A DNA stretch of 64,000 bases from Candidatus Eiseniibacteriota bacterium (GTDB lineage: Bacteria; Eisenbacteria; RBG-16-71-46). Below are positions 10,279 to 20,591 of this stretch, one piece after another. The DNA lies in assembly GCA_038068435.1 (NCBI GenBank), contig JBBTLZ010000019.1, positions 7,218-71,217 of the forward strand, read 5' to 3'. How positions within the stretch are numbered: position 1 is the first letter of the stretch; each line of letters starts with the position of its first letter. A program made the position numbers and the translations under genes. Below the pieces are notes generated by a model. It ran no database searches. It saw only the letters and a program-made list of their open reading frames with translations, and had not been told where the DNA came from.

Positions 10279-11150
10279 CGCACCGGGAAGTAGCCGACCT
10301 TGGTCACCACGGCCTGCCCGTCCGCGGACAGCACCCAGTCGACGAATTTCTTCAGGTCGCCGCTCGGACGCACCCGCGTGTAGAAGTAGAGGTAGCGGGT
10401 GATCGGGTAGCTTCCGTCCTGCACCGTCTGCGGCATCGGCAAGACCGGCGCCGAAGCCGCTTCCTTCCGAATCGCGCAGTCCCGGACGCCCTTCGCGTAC
10501 GCGGCCCCACCGAAGCCGATGCCGTTCGGGTCGCGGGCCACCGCATTCACCACCGCCGCGGTCCCCGGCAGGGTCTGCACGCGCGCCGAGTAGTCGCGCC
10601 CGAGCAGCACGTTGTCCTTGAAGTAGACGTAGGTGCCCGAGCTGTTCTCGCGGCCGTAGAGCGTGATGAGCACGTCCCCGCCTCCGACCTGCTTCCAGTT
10701 CGTGACGGCGCCGGTGTAGATGTCACGCGCCTGCGCGATCGTGAGTTCCTTGACCGGGTTCGATTCGTGGAGGTAGATCGAGAGACCGTCCTTCGCCACC
10801 GGGATCTCGATGCCCATGGTCTGGAAGCGGTCGCGCAGCTTGCGCTTCTCGTCCTCCTTCATGGGCCGCGACGACTGGCAGATGTCGGTGGTGCCGTTGA
10901 TGAGTGCGGCGATCCCGGTGCCCGAGCCGCCGCCCGTCACCTGGATGATCGCCCCCGGATGGCTGGTCATGTACAGCTCGGCCCAGCGCTGGCCGAGGAT
11001 GACCATGGTGTCCGAGCCTTTGACCGTGAGGCCGCGGGCCGACCAGGCGGCGGGAACCGCAGCCGCGAGAAGCGCGGCGGCGATGAGCACGACCGCGGCG
11101 GCGAGCGCCGTGCGCGGGCGGAGACGCAGATCCATCGTTCGCATCGTCAT
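10275..11150 (-). CDS. pstS: Phosphate-binding protein PstS (first copy, Sec signal peptide)
   Basis: VKGSDTM, GGGSGTGIAAL, GRENSSGTY, YPITRYLY; clear paralogue of the downstream pstS. Confidence 0.92.
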   Translation of the reverse strand: MTMRTMDLRLRPRTALAAAVVLIAAALLAAAVPAAWSARGLTVKGSDTMVILGQRWAELYMTSHPGAIIQVTGGGSGTGIAALINGTTDICQSSRPMKEDEKRKLRDRFQTMGIEIPVAKDGLSIYLHESNPVKELTIAQARDIYTGAVTNWKQVGGGDVLITLYGRENSSGTYVYFKDNVLLGRDYSARVQTLPGTAAVVNAVARDPNGIGFGGAAYAKGVRDCAIRKEAASAPVLPMPQTVQDGSYPITRYLYFYTRVRPSGDLKKFVDWVLSADGQAVVTKVGYFPVR

Positions 11151-11187
11151 GACCTCCGTGGGCTTGCGGTGGGGAATCCGCCGCGCC

Positions 11188-12549
11188 TCAGAACTTGTGC
11201 TGGAGCTGGACGGTCCACAGGTTGTCGGTGGGGTCCGTGAACCCGCTTCCCGCCGCCGCCGCCACCTCGGTGCGTGGGACGTCGTAGGCGACCGTGAATC
11301 GCGTGTAGCCGTCGTAGAACCAGTGGATCGCCAGGCTCGCGCGCTCGAACTGGTCGCGGGCGAGGTCGGTGTTCGGGTCGAACGACTCCCACCGCGCGGC
11401 GAGCTGGAAGCGCTCGCCAAGGTTCTGCACCCACATCGCGTACCAGCCAAGGACCTCGGTCGCGAGGTGGGCGCCGACCGCGCCGGGCTTGAGCAGCGTC
11501 ACCGGATTGGCCGTTGTGGGCGAGGCCACGAGCGTCTTCACCGAGTCCACGTTCAGGTTCCGGCCGCGGTAGAGCTCGCCCTTGAGCGAGCCGCCCCCGA
11601 CCACCGGCAGGGCGTAGTACACCTGCACATCGGCGCCGAAGCGGGTGCGGTCGGTCGAGACGTCGGGGCCGGTGAGGGCGGTGAGCGCCCGGCCGCCGTA
11701 CCACGAGACCGCCGCATCGAACACCCCCTCGGACCAGCGCGCCCGTGCCAGGTAGTCCTTGCCGCGCGTCGGATCGGTGGTGGGGAAGTTCGGGTCGTTG
11801 ATGCCGCCGCCGTTGAACAGCGCGATCACGGTCTCCAGCCGGGGCGTCCAGAGGCTCACGAGCTTGATGCCGCGATCCCGCTCGCCGGGGAACAGGATGT
11901 TCTCGGCCCGCGAGCGCTCCGGCAGCTCGCGCACGCTGGACGAGCGCTCGATCTCGTAGCCGAACGGCACGTTCATCTGCCCGACCGTGAGCTGATGCCG
12001 GCGGTCGAACGTCCAGGGGTCGAGCAGGGTCACGTATGCTTCCAGCAGGCGCATGGTGATGGCGCTGCCGGACGTGCTGCCGTCGAGGTAGACCACCGCC
12101 TGGCTGAGCGGGCTCGAGTCGTAGGTGAGCTTGAGGCGCCCGCGCCGGATCGAGAAGCGCTCGGTGTTGGCGGGGGTGATGACCGCCGGCGACTTCTCGA
12201 CCTTGACGCTGTCGTTCTTGTTCTCGGCCGTCTCCCAGCGCGCCTGAATGTATCCCGACAGCTTGAGGCGCTTGAGCTTGTCGGTGTCGGCCTGCAGGGT
12301 CTGCATCTGCTCGGTCATGGATTCGACGCGGCCGTTCAGCTCCTCGATGCGCGGGGCTGCCGCAGCGCCTTCCGCAGCCGGCGGCTCGGACTGCGCCCGC
12401 GCCGGAATCGCGAGGACGCATGTGAGGAGCGCGATCGCCCCCGGGACGAAGGACCGCGCGATCGGAACGAGGATGCCGGCGGGCACCGGGGTTCTGCCCC
12501 GCGGCCCCCGTCGGGCCGCGCCGGCTGCGTGTCTCGCGTCAACCTTCAT
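11188..12549 (-). CDS. Phosphate-selective porin (OprO/OprP-like beta-barrel)
   Basis: Signal peptide, coiled linker, LKLSGYIQARW, FSIRRGRLK, VGQMNVPFGYE, terminal VQLQHKF; first gene of the pst operon. Start chosen at MKVDAR. Confidence 0.8.
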   Translation of the reverse strand: MKVDARHAAGAARRGPRGRTPVPAGILVPIARSFVPGAIALLTCVLAIPARAQSEPPAAEGAAAAPRIEELNGRVESMTEQMQTLQADTDKLKRLKLSGYIQARWETAENKNDSVKVEKSPAVITPANTERFSIRRGRLKLTYDSSPLSQAVVYLDGSTSGSAITMRLLEAYVTLLDPWTFDRRHQLTVGQMNVPFGYEIERSSSVRELPERSRAENILFPGERDRGIKLVSLWTPRLETVIALFNGGGINDPNFPTTDPTRGKDYLARARWSEGVFDAAVSWYGGRALTALTGPDVSTDRTRFGADVQVYYALPVVGGGSLKGELYRGRNLNVDSVKTLVASPTTANPVTLLKPGAVGAHLATEVLGWYAMWVQNLGERFQLAARWESFDPNTDLARDQFERASLAIHWFYDGYTRFTVAYDVPRTEVAAAAGSGFTDPTDNLWTVQLQHKF

Positions 12550-12718
12550 GGTCGGAACGCCTCCGAACGATGCGGTGGTCGATCGCCCGCTGGCTGGCGG
12601 CGCGCACCGCCCCCCGTGGTCGAGACCGTCGACCGCGGTGACACGGCGCCGCGAACTCCCCTGGACCGCGGTCCCGCCGGATCCGTAGCAGCGTCGGGTG
12701 GAGTGGCCGGCGACACGT

Positions 12719-12745
12719 GTTTCGGCGCGGTTAATGGCCGGTGAC
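12719..12745 (-). promoter_or_regulatory. Candidate Pho box (three pentamers at 11-bp period)
   Basis: Minus strand GTCAC-N6-TTAAC-N6-GAAAC (plus-strand starts at 12741, 12730, 12719), about 170 bp upstream of the porin-pst operon. Confidence 0.65.
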
Positions 12746-13196
12746 GACGCCGAGAATTCATCCGCAGCAGCGGGGCTCCTGCCGCGACCTCGTGGTCGGG
12801 CGGTCGTTCCGCATCGGCGCCGCCCGGGAGCCTCGGGACGCGCAAGGCTCGGTCGCGCCGCGCCCAGCAGCCGCCCAGCTCGTCTTCCGTTCGCATGCGC
12901 TCGCACGTTGCCTCCTCGCTCAGGTGGTGAACGCCTTCGGTGGCTGCTGAATGTGCTCCCGACGACGACCGACCCCCACCAGCTCCCCGGCGGTGCAATG
13001 GCGCCCGCGTCGTACGGGCGCGGGCCGGTCGTGAGAGAGGCGCCGGCGATGTCATCCTCGGTTGCAGCGCGACCGCAGCGCGAAGCTGAGCACCTCCTCA
13101 GCCCCATCCGACCTCTGGGCCCGGGCCGACGCCTCCCTCGACGCGTGACGGTAAGGGAGCGCGACGCATGGCCTCGTGACCGGGATGTTTCGGGGA

Positions 13197-13235
13197 TGAA
13201 AAAACGCCCGGCAGGCGCTCGAGCGTCGGGCGGGG
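13197..13235 (-). terminator. Rho-independent terminator after phoR
   Basis: GCCCG...CGCTCGAGCG...CGGGC stem followed by TTTTTT on the minus strand. Confidence 0.6.
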
Positions 13236-13260
13236 CGCGGGGTCGTGAACCGGCAGGGGT

Positions 13261-15018
13261 TCAGCCCGAGGGCCGGCGCGGGATCTCGAAACGGAACGTG
13301 CTGCCGCCGCCCGGCGCACTCGCGACCGCGACCACACCTCCGTGGAGGAGGACGATGTGCTTGACGATGGCGAGGCCCAACCCGGTGCCGCCCTGCTCGC
13401 GCGAGCGCGCCTTGTCCACCCGGTAGAAGCGCTCGAAGACGCGCGGCTGGTCCGCCTCCGGGATGCCGGGCCCGGTGTCGGTCACCTCGCAGCGGACGAA
13501 CGCCGCGTCGCCCCGCAGGGTGACGCGCACCGAGCCGCGCTCGGTGTACTTGAGCGCGTTGTCGAGCAGGTTGGCGACCACCTGGTCCAGGCGCGTGCGG
13601 TCGGCGACGACCGGCTCGGGGCCGCCCGGCGCCAGCTCGAGCGCGAGGCCCGCGTTCCGGGCGCGGAGCTGGGACGCCGCCACCTGCTGGGCCACCGCCT
13701 CGCGCAGGTCGTACGCCTCGCGCGAGAGCCGCGCGTCGGGCCGCTCGAGCTCCGCGAGCGACAGCAGATCGTCCACCAGCACCTCCAGCCGCGCCGCCTG
13801 GTCGCGGATGACGCGCACGAAATCCTCGCGGTGCTCGCGATCGTCGAGTCCGCCGTCGAGCAGGGTCTCGGCGTACCCGCGCACCGACGTGAGCGGGGTC
13901 TTCAGCTCGTGCGAGACGTTGGCCACGAAATCCTGCCGGACCCGGTTGAGCAGCTCGATCTCGGTGAGGTCGTGCAGGACCAGCACGACCGCGCTCTCCG
14001 CGGCCCCGAGGCGGGTCGCCGTGGCGCGCACCCGCCGCGGCTGCGGTGTCCAGAGGCCGATCTCGCGCTCGACCGTGCGCTCCCCGGCGCGCGCCTCGGC
14101 CAGGAGATCGGCCAGCTCCGGCGAGCGGGCGAACTCCTGGAACGGCGTGCCCGGCTCGGGCGGCAGCGGCGCGCCGAGGATGGCCGCGAGGCTCCGGTTC
14201 CCATAAACCACGTGGCCCCCGGCGTCCACCAGCGCCACGCCGTCGCTCATGTGGGCCAGGATCCGCTCCCGCGCGTCACGCTCGGCTTCCAGCGCGCCGA
14301 GCCGGGCGCGCAGCTCCGCGGCCATCCGGTTGATAGCGGCGCCCAGTCGGCCCACGTCGTCGGCGGGGATCTCGCGCGCCCGCGCCTGCGCGTCCCAGCC
14401 GATCCTCCCGGCCAGCGACGCCAGCGCAGCGACGCGGCCTGCCTGCCGCCCGGTGAGCCAGTAGATCAGCACCAGCATCACCGCGAGCGCGACCGCCGCC
14501 GGGCCGAGCGAGAGCCGGGTGAGAGAACGCGCGAGGCTCCCCACCTCGGCGAGCGGGCGCGCCACCCGCAGGACCGCGACGTCCTCGATGCCGCGCACCG
14601 GGACCGCGACGTACACCAGGTCCACGCCGATGGTGGCGCTGTGCCGGACCGCGCGGCCGGCGCCGCCCACCAGCGCCCGGCGCACCTCCTCGCGCGAGGC
14701 GTGGTTCTCCACGGTGGCGAGCCGCTCGCGCGGCACGTCGGAATCGCCGAGCACGCGCCCGGTCCGATCCATCAGCGTCACGCGCAACCCGAGGGTGGCG
14801 CCCAGCGCGTCGGCGTCCGAGGCCCGGTCTGGTTCTCCCAGCGCTGCGCCCCCGAGGTTGACGGCCGCCAGCCGGGCGATGCGCTCCAGCTCGTCGGCGG
14901 CGCGGTCACCGACCCAGCGGCGCTCGGCACGCGCGGTGAGCAGCACGCTCAGACCCAGCGCGACCGCCGTGACCGTGAGGTAAGCGAAGAAGAGGCGGGC
15001 GCGCAGCGAGAGCGTCAT
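13261..15018 (-). CDS. phoR: Phosphate regulon sensor histidine kinase PhoR
   Basis: TM-HAMP-PAS-HisKA-HATPase; DFVANVSHELKTPLT, NLLDNALKY, FERFYRVDKARSR, GTGLGLAIVKH. Confidence 0.93.
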   Translation of the reverse strand: MTLSLRARLFFAYLTVTAVALGLSVLLTARAERRWVGDRAADELERIARLAAVNLGGAALGEPDRASDADALGATLGLRVTLMDRTGRVLGDSDVPRERLATVENHASREEVRRALVGGAGRAVRHSATIGVDLVYVAVPVRGIEDVAVLRVARPLAEVGSLARSLTRLSLGPAAVALAVMLVLIYWLTGRQAGRVAALASLAGRIGWDAQARAREIPADDVGRLGAAINRMAAELRARLGALEAERDARERILAHMSDGVALVDAGGHVVYGNRSLAAILGAPLPPEPGTPFQEFARSPELADLLAEARAGERTVEREIGLWTPQPRRVRATATRLGAAESAVVLVLHDLTEIELLNRVRQDFVANVSHELKTPLTSVRGYAETLLDGGLDDREHREDFVRVIRDQAARLEVLVDDLLSLAELERPDARLSREAYDLREAVAQQVAASQLRARNAGLALELAPGGPEPVVADRTRLDQVVANLLDNALKYTERGSVRVTLRGDAAFVRCEVTDTGPGIPEADQPRVFERFYRVDKARSREQGGTGLGLAIVKHIVLLHGGVVAVASAPGGGSTFRFEIPRRPSG

Positions 15019-15032
15019 GCCGCGACCCTACG

Positions 15033-15731
<699 letters not shown>

Positions 15732-15750
15732 GCATCCTCCACGCGCGCGC

Positions 15751-15780
15751 ATGCTACGGGGGCCGCGCGACCCGGGTCAA
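15751..15780 (-). promoter_or_regulatory. Sigma70-like promoter of phoB
   Basis: TTGACC-N18-TAGCAT on the minus strand, followed by GGAGG and ATG. Confidence 0.55.
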
Positions 15781-15968
15781 TCGGCGGCCGCGCGCACGAG
15801 GGCGAGCGAGTGACCACGCCGCCGCACGGACCCCCCGAGGCGTTTCTCGCCTTGTCCCTCCGCGCCGCGCCGCGCTAGATTGCCGTTTCGCGACGCGGGG
15901 CGCGGTTCCCGCGTCCTCCTCTCCCGTCCACGCGCCTTTCGTCACGGCGAACCATCGAGGGTCCTGCG

Positions 15969-17681
15969 ATGCCCGAGACCCGCCGAACGCCGGGCTGGCT
16001 GCCGGTCGCGGCCGTCGCCGTCGTGCTGGCCGTGGCGGCCCTGACCGGGCTGTTCCAGAACCCGCGTCCGCTGCTGCGGCTGGCGGCGGACCTGGTCCCC
16101 CCGGTGGCGAGCTTCGCCGATCTGCCGGGCGCGGCGATGTGGTCGCTGCTGCGCCTCACCGGGGCGTACCTCGCCTCACTGGTGTTCTCGTGGATCGTGG
16201 CCTACCGCGCGGCCACGCGGCCGGCCGCGGCGCGCTTCATCCTGCCGCTGCTGGACGTCGGGCAATCGGTGCCGGTGCTGGGCTTCTTCCCCGCCGCGAT
16301 CTACGTGTTCGTCGGCGTGCTGGGCGGCGGCCGCGCGGCGCTCGAGCTGGCGGCGATGTTCCTGATCTTCACCAGCATGACCTGGAACATCGCCTTCGGC
16401 ATCTACGAGGGGCTCTCGACCATCCCGGCCGAGACGCGCAGCGCGGTCCAGAGCCTGGGCGTGCGCGGCGTGCTGCTGTGGCGTTCGCTGCTGCTGCCGG
16501 CGTGCGTGCCGAGCATCATCTACAACAGCATGCTGTCCTGGACCAACGGCTGGTACTTCCTGATCGCCAGCGAGATCATCGCCGCCGGCCCGGTGCAGTA
16601 CGACCTGCCGGGCCTCGGCAGCGTGCTCTCGGTGGCGTTCGCGCGCGGCGATCTGCGGCTGGCCACCGCCGCGCTCATCACCCTGATCGCCGTGGTGCTG
16701 GCGATCGAGTTCGTCGTGTGGCGGCCGGTGCGCGCCTGGTCGAGCCGATTCCGCTACGACACCCAGCCGGACAGGAGCGGCGAGGAGACCTTCCGCCTGC
16801 CGGATTTCGGGCTGCCGACGCTGCTGCGTCCGCTGCGGAGCGCGGGGCGGGCGCTGGGGCGCCGCCTCTCGCTCGCCGCGGCCAACCGTTCGTGGGCGGC
16901 GACCGCGCGGGCGTGGGCGACGGTGTGGCGTCTCGCGCGCTGGCCGGTGTGGGTGGGGCTCGGGCTGTGGGGCGCGCTCGCCGTCCTCGGCATGGTGCGC
17001 GCGCTGCTGCCGCCCTGGCCGCCCGAGGCCGCCTCCCTCCCACTCGCGCTGCTGCTCTCGTTCCTGCGCATCAACGCCGCGTACGTGCTGGCGCTGCTGT
17101 GGATCATCCCGGTCGGGCTGTGGGCGAGCGACCACCCGCGCGGCGCCCGCGCGCTCTCCACGGTGGCGCAGGTGGGTGCCTCCATCCCGGCCACCGCGTT
17201 CTTTCCGGTGCTGGTGGCCCTGCTGGTCGGGCGCTTCGGGGGGATGGGGATGGAGATGATCTCGGTGGCGCTGGCGCTCACCGGCATGCAGTGGTACCTG
17301 CTGTTCAACATGCTCGCCGGCGTGCAGCGCGTCCCCAACGACCTGCGCGAGTCCCTGCGCTCGCTGGGCCTCGACCGCCGGGAGATCCACCGGAAGCTGG
17401 TGCTTCCGGCGTGCATGCCGTCGCTGGTCACCGGCAGCGTGGTGGCGTGGGGCGGGACCTGGAACGCCCTCATCCTCTCCGAGTTCGTGACCTACCACGG
17501 CCGCGTCTACCAGGTGACGGGTGTGGGCGCGCTGCTCAACCAGGCCACCTTCCAGACCGGCAACCGGACGTTGCTCTTCCTCTCGCTGGCGCTCCTGATC
17601 GTGACGGTGGTGACCTTCAACCGCGTGGTGTGGGCCCGGCTCTACCGGTACGTCAACCACCGCTTCGTCCTGGAGGGCTGA
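15969..17681 (+). CDS. NitT/TauT-family ABC permease with two membrane domains
   Basis: LDVGQSVPVLGFFP and VGASIPATAFFP repeats, GGTWNALILSE, GVGALL. Confidence 0.85.
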   Translation: MPETRRTPGWLPVAAVAVVLAVAALTGLFQNPRPLLRLAADLVPPVASFADLPGAAMWSLLRLTGAYLASLVFSWIVAYRAATRPAAARFILPLLDVGQSVPVLGFFPAAIYVFVGVLGGGRAALELAAMFLIFTSMTWNIAFGIYEGLSTIPAETRSAVQSLGVRGVLLWRSLLLPACVPSIIYNSMLSWTNGWYFLIASEIIAAGPVQYDLPGLGSVLSVAFARGDLRLATAALITLIAVVLAIEFVVWRPVRAWSSRFRYDTQPDRSGEETFRLPDFGLPTLLRPLRSAGRALGRRLSLAAANRSWAATARAWATVWRLARWPVWVGLGLWGALAVLGMVRALLPPWPPEAASLPLALLLSFLRINAAYVLALLWIIPVGLWASDHPRGARALSTVAQVGASIPATAFFPVLVALLVGRFGGMGMEMISVALALTGMQWYLLFNMLAGVQRVPNDLRESLRSLGLDRREIHRKLVLPACMPSLVTGSVVAWGGTWNALILSEFVTYHGRVYQVTGVGALLNQATFQTGNRTLLFLSLALLIVTVVTFNRVVWARLYRYVNHRFVLEG

Positions 17682-17682
17682 G

Positions 17683-18426
17683 GTGCTCGAGCTGCGGCAC
17701 GTCTCGATGTCCTTCAGCGACCGCGCCCGCGCGGTGACGGTGCTCGAGGACATCAACCTCGAGATCCCCGACCGACAGTTCGTGTGCATCGTCGGGCCTT
17801 CGGGGTGCGGCAAGTCGATGCTGCTCCGGCTCATGATGGGCCTGGTCGCCCCCACCGCAGGCGCCGTGCTCAACCACGGCCAGCCGTTGAGTGGGGTGAA
17901 TCTCCGGGCGGCGATGGTCTTCCAGTCGTTCGCCCTGCTGCCGTGGCTGACCGTGCAGGCCAACGTGGAGCTGGGGCTGCGGGCACGGGAGCTGTCGGAG
18001 GAGGACGCGAGACGGCGCGCGGCGTTCTACCTCGACAAGGTAGGCCTCGATGGCTACGAGGAGGCCTATCCCGCCGAGCTCTCGGGCGGGATGAAGCAGC
18101 GCGCCGGGCTGGCGCGGGCGCTGGCGGTCGAGCCGGACGTGCTGTTCATGGACGAGCCGTTCGCGGGACTCGACCCCCTGACCGCCGCCAACCTGCGCGA
18201 GGAGGTGCTCACGCTCTGGTCCGACCACGACCTGCCGGTACGTACCGTGGTCATGGTCACTCACATCATCGAGGAGGCGGTCCTGATGGCGGATCGCGTG
18301 GTGGTGCTCTCTTCGCGCCCCGGCCGCGTGGCCGCCGACCTACCGATCCCGCTCGAGCGACCGCGCAACAAGCGCGACGAGGGCTTCGACCGGCTGGTGG
18401 ACTCCATCTTCGAGAAGATCGTCTGA
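17683..18426 (+). CDS. NitT/TauT-family ABC ATP-binding protein
   Basis: [44 protein letters not shown]. Confidence 0.9.
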   Translation: MLELRHVSMSFSDRARAVTVLEDINLEIPDRQFVCIVGPSGCGKSMLLRLMMGLVAPTAGAVLNHGQPLSGVNLRAAMVFQSFALLPWLTVQANVELGLRARELSEEDARRRAAFYLDKVGLDGYEEAYPAELSGGMKQRAGLARALAVEPDVLFMDEPFAGLDPLTAANLREEVLTLWSDHDLPVRTVVMVTHIIEEAVLMADRVVVLSSRPGRVAADLPIPLERPRNKRDEGFDRLVDSIFEKIV

Positions 18427-19304
18427 TGGTCCCGCACCCGCGCATCGGGCCGCTCGCGCTGGATCGGCTCGGCCCCACCGACCTGCCGGAGGTGTTCGGC
18501 TGGCTCGACCGCGACCCGGTGTTGAACGTCTACCTGATGGCGCTGGTGCTGCGGGACGCCCTGGCCGCGCCCCGCGACGAGTACTGGGCGGTGCGCCGCG
18601 AGGGCGGGATCGCGGCGCTGTTGCACATCGGCAGCCAGTCCGGCGCGGTACTGCCGCTCGGCGAGGACGCGGCGGCGCTGCGGCTGCTCGCCGACCATGC
18701 GCGGCAGCGGCTGCCCTTCCTCCCCCGTCGCTTCCAGGTCATCGGCCCGCGGGCGGCCGTCGTGACGATGCTGCAGCATGTCGCGCGCTCGGGGCTACGC
18801 CCCCGGCTGGAGCGCTGTCAGGTCTACATGGCGCTCGAGCCCGGCGCGCTGTCCGATTTCGAGCGCCTGCCGGAGCTGGTGACGGCGCAGGCCGGGGACT
18901 TCGAGCTGGTCCACGAGAGCGGCGCCCGGCTGCGGCTCGAGGAGCTCGAGGAGGATCCGCGCGAGGCCGACCCCGTGGGTTACCGCCGGCGCGTCGAGGA
19001 GGAGTGTCGCGACGGCCACACCTGGCTGTGGCGGGACGCGGCGGGCCTGTGCTTCCGGGCGAGCGTAAGCGCGCTCACCGGCGACGCGGCGCAGCTGTCC
19101 GGCGTTTACACGCCGCCCGAGCGTCGCAACTGCGGGCTTGCGCGGCGCGGGCTCGCGGAGCTGTGCGCGCGCCTGCTCGAGCGCTCCCGCGCGGCGTGCC
19201 TGTTCGTCAACGATTTCAACGTTCCGGCGCTGGCGCTGTACCGCCGCCTGGGCTTCATCGAGCGCGCCGCCTGGCATTCGGCGTTCTTCGACACCAGTCG
19301 CTGA
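18426..19304 (+). CDS. GNAT-family N-acetyltransferase
   Basis: C-terminal GVYTPPERRNCGLAR and NVPALALYRRLGF acetyl-CoA motifs; ATG overlaps the ATPase stop (TGATG). Confidence 0.8.
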   Translation: MVPHPRIGPLALDRLGPTDLPEVFGWLDRDPVLNVYLMALVLRDALAAPRDEYWAVRREGGIAALLHIGSQSGAVLPLGEDAAALRLLADHARQRLPFLPRRFQVIGPRAAVVTMLQHVARSGLRPRLERCQVYMALEPGALSDFERLPELVTAQAGDFELVHESGARLRLEELEEDPREADPVGYRRRVEEECRDGHTWLWRDAAGLCFRASVSALTGDAAQLSGVYTPPERRNCGLARRGLAELCARLLERSRAACLFVNDFNVPALALYRRLGFIERAAWHSAFFDTSR

Positions 19305-19441
19305 CACACCTCGGCGCCGGGGCGGGCGGGCGCGCCGCCCACCAGTTCCCGCTTGCCCCGTCCGCGGCGATTTGCGACGGTCCCACCCATCGCCCACAGA
19401 CGGGCCGCTGCTCCCCGCACCCATCGACAGGGAGGTTGACC

Positions 19442-20086
19442 GTGAAGAACGCCCTGGCGGCCGCGCTGCTCGTGGCGGCGCTCGGCGCCGCCACGCCGGC
19501 CCGTGCCCAGGTCTTCGGCCAGTTCACCGGCGCCGCGACGGTGCCGCTCAACGGGCACCTCTTCGGCGCCTACCTCAACGCCAGCGAGAACGTCATCGGC
19601 GGCCTGGCGCAGCTGCGGCTGAGCTTCTACCCGAACGTGGACTTCGGCTTCCACGGCGGCCTCACCCGGCTCGATCCCGGCGGCACGGCCGCCAACCTGA
19701 CGACGCTGCGCGTCGGCGGCGACCTCCGCTGGCGGGTGGCCCACGCCGCCCAGGGATCCGCGCTGGACGTCGCGGTGGGGGTCGCGCTGGGGGTCGAGAC
19801 CGCCGACGATCTCAAGGTCGTCTCGCTCGGGCCTTCGGTGGTCGCGAGCCGCACGCTGAGCGTCGGCGACACCGGGGGCATCGTCCCGTACGCGGGGCTG
19901 GCGCTGCTCTTCAGCAGCCGCGACGCGTTCGGTGTCGAGGACTCGGACATCTCGGTGCCGCTCCGGCTCGGGATGGAGGCGCGGCTCGCGCCGGAGTTCC
20001 GGATCGTCGCCGAGCTGCAATTGTTCGTGGCCGACCGCTACAGCGACGACGTCGGCTTCGCAACCGGCGTGAATCTGCCCTTCTAG
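19442..20086 (+). CDS. Outer-membrane beta-barrel protein, unknown function
   Basis: GGGAGG RBS, GTG start, signal peptide MKNALAAALL...ARA, alternating amphipathic strands, terminal Phe. Confidence 0.7.
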   Translation: MKNALAAALLVAALGAATPARAQVFGQFTGAATVPLNGHLFGAYLNASENVIGGLAQLRLSFYPNVDFGFHGGLTRLDPGGTAANLTTLRVGGDLRWRVAHAAQGSALDVAVGVALGVETADDLKVVSLGPSVVASRTLSVGDTGGIVPYAGLALLFSSRDAFGVEDSDISVPLRLGMEARLAPEFRIVAELQLFVADRYSDDVGFATGVNLPF

Positions 20087-20116
20087 AGCGTTGCCGGAAT
20101 AAGGCTGTGAGCTGAA

Positions 20117-20146
20117 CGTCCGGGCACGCACGCCCGTGCCCGGACG
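20117..20146 (+). terminator. Perfect 12-bp hairpin after the OMP gene
   Basis: CGTCCGGGCACG-cacgcc-CGTGCCCGGACG followed by GGATTTTC. Confidence 0.55.
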
Positions 20147-20381
20147 GGATTTTCAATCCGTACAATGCGTTGCGGGACAGTGGCATTGCCATTGAACGGC
20201 CTTGCCACCCCCGGTTCGCAGTGCTAGCGTTCCGCGCCCTCGGTGACGGGCCCTGACCGGGTGCCCGCCCGAGACTTGGTCCAAACCCATTCAAATCGTT
20301 GTCTTTGATTGCCTTGATTGCGGCGCCCGCGCCCGCGTCCAGGCGTCATTCCATGCCCGCGGCGGCCGCGTCCCACCGGCT

Positions 20382-20560
20382 TGTGGAGAACGTGTGGAAG
20401 AGGGGAGGGGCCACAGGACATAACCCACTGCCACCAATCGACTTCCGACATCGGCGTCCGTTGTTGATAAGCAGCACCCAAGCTTTCCACACGCGAAGGC
20501 CCCACGCGGCCCGCGGCCACGGTTGAACTCGGTTCCCGCCGCCCCGGTCCCTGTGGAGAA
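20382..20560. promoter_or_regulatory. DnaA-box cluster upstream of dnaA
   Basis: TGTGGAGAA (20382, 20552), TGTGGAAGA (20393), TGTTGATAA (20462), CTTTCCACA (20483), each 1-2 mismatches from TTATCCACA. Confidence 0.7.
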
Positions 20561-20591
20561 TCCCCGACCTCTTTCTGCAAGGACCGCACAG

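Noticed and set aside
12934-12942. CACCGAAGG resembling a glycine riboswitch core
   Set aside because: The GGAGA and CUCUCAGG elements are absent and the context is phosphate uptake.
12550-13107. N-terminal extension of the porin ORF to 13107
   Set aside because: Low-complexity non-coding-like codons, it spans the Pho box, and the signal peptide follows the 12549 start.
20181-20196. Sigma54-like TGGCATTGCCATTGAA
   Set aside because: The -12 position reads GA rather than GC.
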